NCBI RefSeq assembly: GCF_009914755.1
Contig: NC_060929.1
From: the human T2T-CHM13v2.0 reference genome, Homo sapiens
DNA length: 64,000 bases
Reading direction: 5' to 3' (one strand)
The notes under the pieces were generated by a model. The model had not been told where the DNA came from and did no database searches. It saw only the letters and a program-made list of their open reading frames with translations. Position 1 is the stretch's first letter; each line of letters starts with the position of its first letter. Both the position numbers and the translations under genes were made by a program. Shown piece by piece: positions 59,551 through 64,000 of the stretch.

Positions 59551-60965
59551 TTAAATGTGTAGTATTTAACAAAATAAGGTGTATACCTAGTCTGTGCTGA
59601 TTAGTAAAAAAATAACACAGCCTTTCAGAGTGGTAGATCTTTAAAAAAAAAAAAAAACCTCTAGGAAATAGGAATGGAAGTGGGAAGGAATAGGGCAAAT
59701 AACTGTTGATTTTCATAAGAAGTAATAGATGATGTGCAGTTGTTTTTACATTCTTATCCATGTGTCACTTCCTTTTTCTTGAAAACAATACAAATCTTTT
59801 AAAATGTGAGTTTTACATTTTAAGTTTCTGTATTTGTGAAAGACTTTTAAATCTTTTGAAATCTCACATTTTATAAAATCAAAACTTTAAGGCACATAAC
59901 ATGAATTTCTTGCTTTAATAGGTCCTATTGGTGATATTTCTGATTCTAAAGTTTGTATTGTCAACTACTAAAGACAAGAGTGTTGACTAATTTCAATAAC
60001 TTTTCTTTGTGACTTCATTTTCTCATCTATAAAATCAGGATATACTTTGTTTTAATTCATTTTTGCTATTGGGAGTAGATGAAATAATTCATTAATTTTT
60101 AAAACATACGTTAGATAAAGGCTGATAATTATACTATTGTAGGGATTTTACTTGTGATTAATTATAATGTGATGTAATATAGTCAAAGATCTTTGACAAA
60201 ATTGTCATTATATAAATTAATTGGAGTTTTTAGTGTTCAAGAATATTTCGTGGAAAATTTTAAGTCATTTTTATCTCAAAATCATGAGGCTAATGTTAAA
60301 TGGTTAGGTTGCTTTTTTTTTTTTCATTTTCAGGATCATGAAAACTAAGAAAGTTTTATAGTGGATGGGTTTAAAGTGTAGAATATTTTGAGCAAATTGA
60401 TAGGAATCAACTAGAAAACCTGTTACAGGTGTTTTCCAAAATGAAGTTTGCATCATTAGTACTTTAACTGTAGAATTTTTTTGTTGGTGCATTTACCTTC
60501 TTTATACTGGGTGAACAATAGAAACAAATATTCAGCTGTTTAATGACATTTCACTATATGGTCTCAAGTATTTAATCAGTTAATAGAAATATGTATATAG
60601 CTTTATGTAACTTCAGTAGTATTAAAACCAAGTTTTGATTGTGACCTAATGGCCAAATTTAAATTAGAATTTTAAAAGAGCTCTTAGAGACTTCAGGTAA
60701 GCATTAGATTGTCTCTGAATCATAATACTGATTTCTTTTTTAAGTTAGAAAAAATAACTTGCTTCTTGATAGCTCATTTAATATCTTTGTTTATTCTGCC
60801 ATTTAGACAGGATTTACTGGGATACAAACTACATCTCTTTGGAATACCATTATATGCTCTTGTGAGACTTTGTTTTTTTTTTTTGGTCTTGGTATTCACA
60901 TTACCACAAATTGTCTTAATTAAGTAATTAAAATCATACCAACTGTGATTTAGAAGTTACATTAA

Positions 60966-61541
<576 letters not shown>

Positions 61542-61869
61542 AAAAGTTACATTAAGATTAAATATATTAGAAATTCATTGGGAAATGATCTCTTGGGATC
61601 TGTGAAGGGGAGGAGGCTGTGGCCCATTTTAATCTAAACTTTAAAAGATAAAATGGGAATTCAAATAGGATGATTTTATATTTGATATTGGGAGCATTAT
61701 CTGGATGTTGTGAATTGTTAATACGTGTTTTGTGAAATATTCTTTTTAGGTATTTCTGAAAATACAGTCACTCACTTGCCTCTTTAACTGCTCTGCTTAT
61801 TGGGGGCATCTGCTTTGTGAATTCATGTATAATTAAAGGATAATTTGGCATTTTAAATCCTAACTTTAG

Positions 61870-62136
<267 letters not shown>

Positions 62137-62204
62137 TGATGACCAAGAGATTCGTCCTTCATAAAGTTTACTACAGGAGATAGGCAAAGAACAAAATACT
62201 ATTA

Positions 62205-62862
<658 letters not shown>

Positions 62863-62939
62863 TACAAACATTTTTGTATGGTTCAAGCACAAAAGCAGCA
62901 AGACATTTAATACTAGAGAGAGAAAAAATAATCAGGAGA

Positions 62940-63420
62940 AGGGTCTTATTTCCATTGAAGTTAGGGTCTTGTTTGGGATTGGGGGGCGTGACATGCTCAG
63001 ATTTGGGATGTAGGGAAGTATCTGACCATGGTACGGAGAATGGACTTGAGGAATCACAAATGGAAATAGAGACCATTTAGAAGGTTGTAGGTGTCCTGGG
63101 AGAGGAGATGGTGGCTTATATTAAAACAGTGACTTGTGGAGCGGGAAAGATGTGGGCGAATTTGGGAGATTTTAAAGAATTTGAAGGATTGGATTTGATA
63201 ATTAATGGGATGTGAGAAATTAGAGAAATAGGAGGATTTCAAGTTTATACACAAATTTCTGACTTTTGGATTTAGATGGAAGATAATGCCATTTGCGGTG
63301 TGATGGATAACACAGGACAGTTTAGTTTGAATGTGTTAACTAGAAGAACCATGAGTATATCCAAATAGAGCTGGCTGTATTGCTCTGGAGTATAATTAAA
63401 GAAGAGTGCAATAGGATTCC
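62940..63420. mobile_element. L2 fragments
   Basis: gtgacatgctcagattt, gagaccatttagaaggttgtag, gagagg.gatggtggctt, gtttagtttgaatgtgtt. Confidence 0.65.
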
Positions 63421-64000
63421 TCAAATATTATTAAATGAGAGGAACCTCAAGTGACACCTATAATTGCTCATGTTAGGTTAGGTTGTAACTATTCTACAGT
63501 AGTAAATGGTACATAAGGAAGTATAAAATCTGACAAGGATTGACACCTGCGTTGACATTGACCTTTACATGTTTACACCAAAGGGATGAAGAAAAAGGGC
63601 TATAATACCATGAGTAAGCAATGTACTCATTAGAGTTTATATTCTTTCATTGTTTAATTTAGTGTATATTTTTATTTGATAGTCAAAGTTTAAGGTTTAC
63701 TCTATGAAGTCTTATCAAAGTATTTAATTAGGGTTTATACATGTTTTTGTTTCATGGAAAATTTAACTTAGAGAAATATGAAATTTCAAACATTTTAAAC
63801 TACATTTATTATATAAAATATTGAGCTATAGCAGTAGTCTTCTATTACAATCATAGTCCATGAATCTAAAAGCCAGTCAATAGATACATTTACACTAGTA
63901 CCGTTTTTTTTCAAGTAATTCTCAGATATGATTTTCCAAATGCTATAGGGAATTTCAACGATCAGATTAATTCAAGAGATGTCGAAATCAAATTTAAAAA

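Overview
Primate (almost certainly human) genomic DNA covering the 5' part of SLC12A2 (NKCC1, Na-K-2Cl cotransporter) on the + strand. A CpG-island promoter lies at about 13.7-15.7 kb. Coding exons 1-5 (14791-15546, 43651-43770, 45049-45124, 45423-45518, 61904-62043) join in frame with GT-AG boundaries, and the gene continues beyond the window. A divergent minus-strand transcript (consistent with the known SLC12A2-DT/LINC01184) probably starts near a perfect TCTCGCGAGA element and carries an 84-codon ORF ahead of a strong splice donor. Intron 1 holds a full-length, sense-oriented processed pseudogene of POGLUT2/KDELC1. The rest is mostly interspersed repeats (Alu, L1, L2, MIR, LTRs, DNA transposons); subfamily calls are from memory of consensus sequences, not from RepeatMasker. 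I see no multi-gene novel system. The least explained structures are (1) a local rearrangement in intron 1, made of a ~205-bp inverted duplication of an L2 fragment whose mismatches lean toward G-U pairing in the pre-mRNA plus an adjacent ~85-bp direct duplication, (2) the candidate micropeptide on the divergent transcript, (3) a 5' UTR fully open in frame with NKCC1, and (4) several small templated-insertion scars and unusual retrotransposon insertions.
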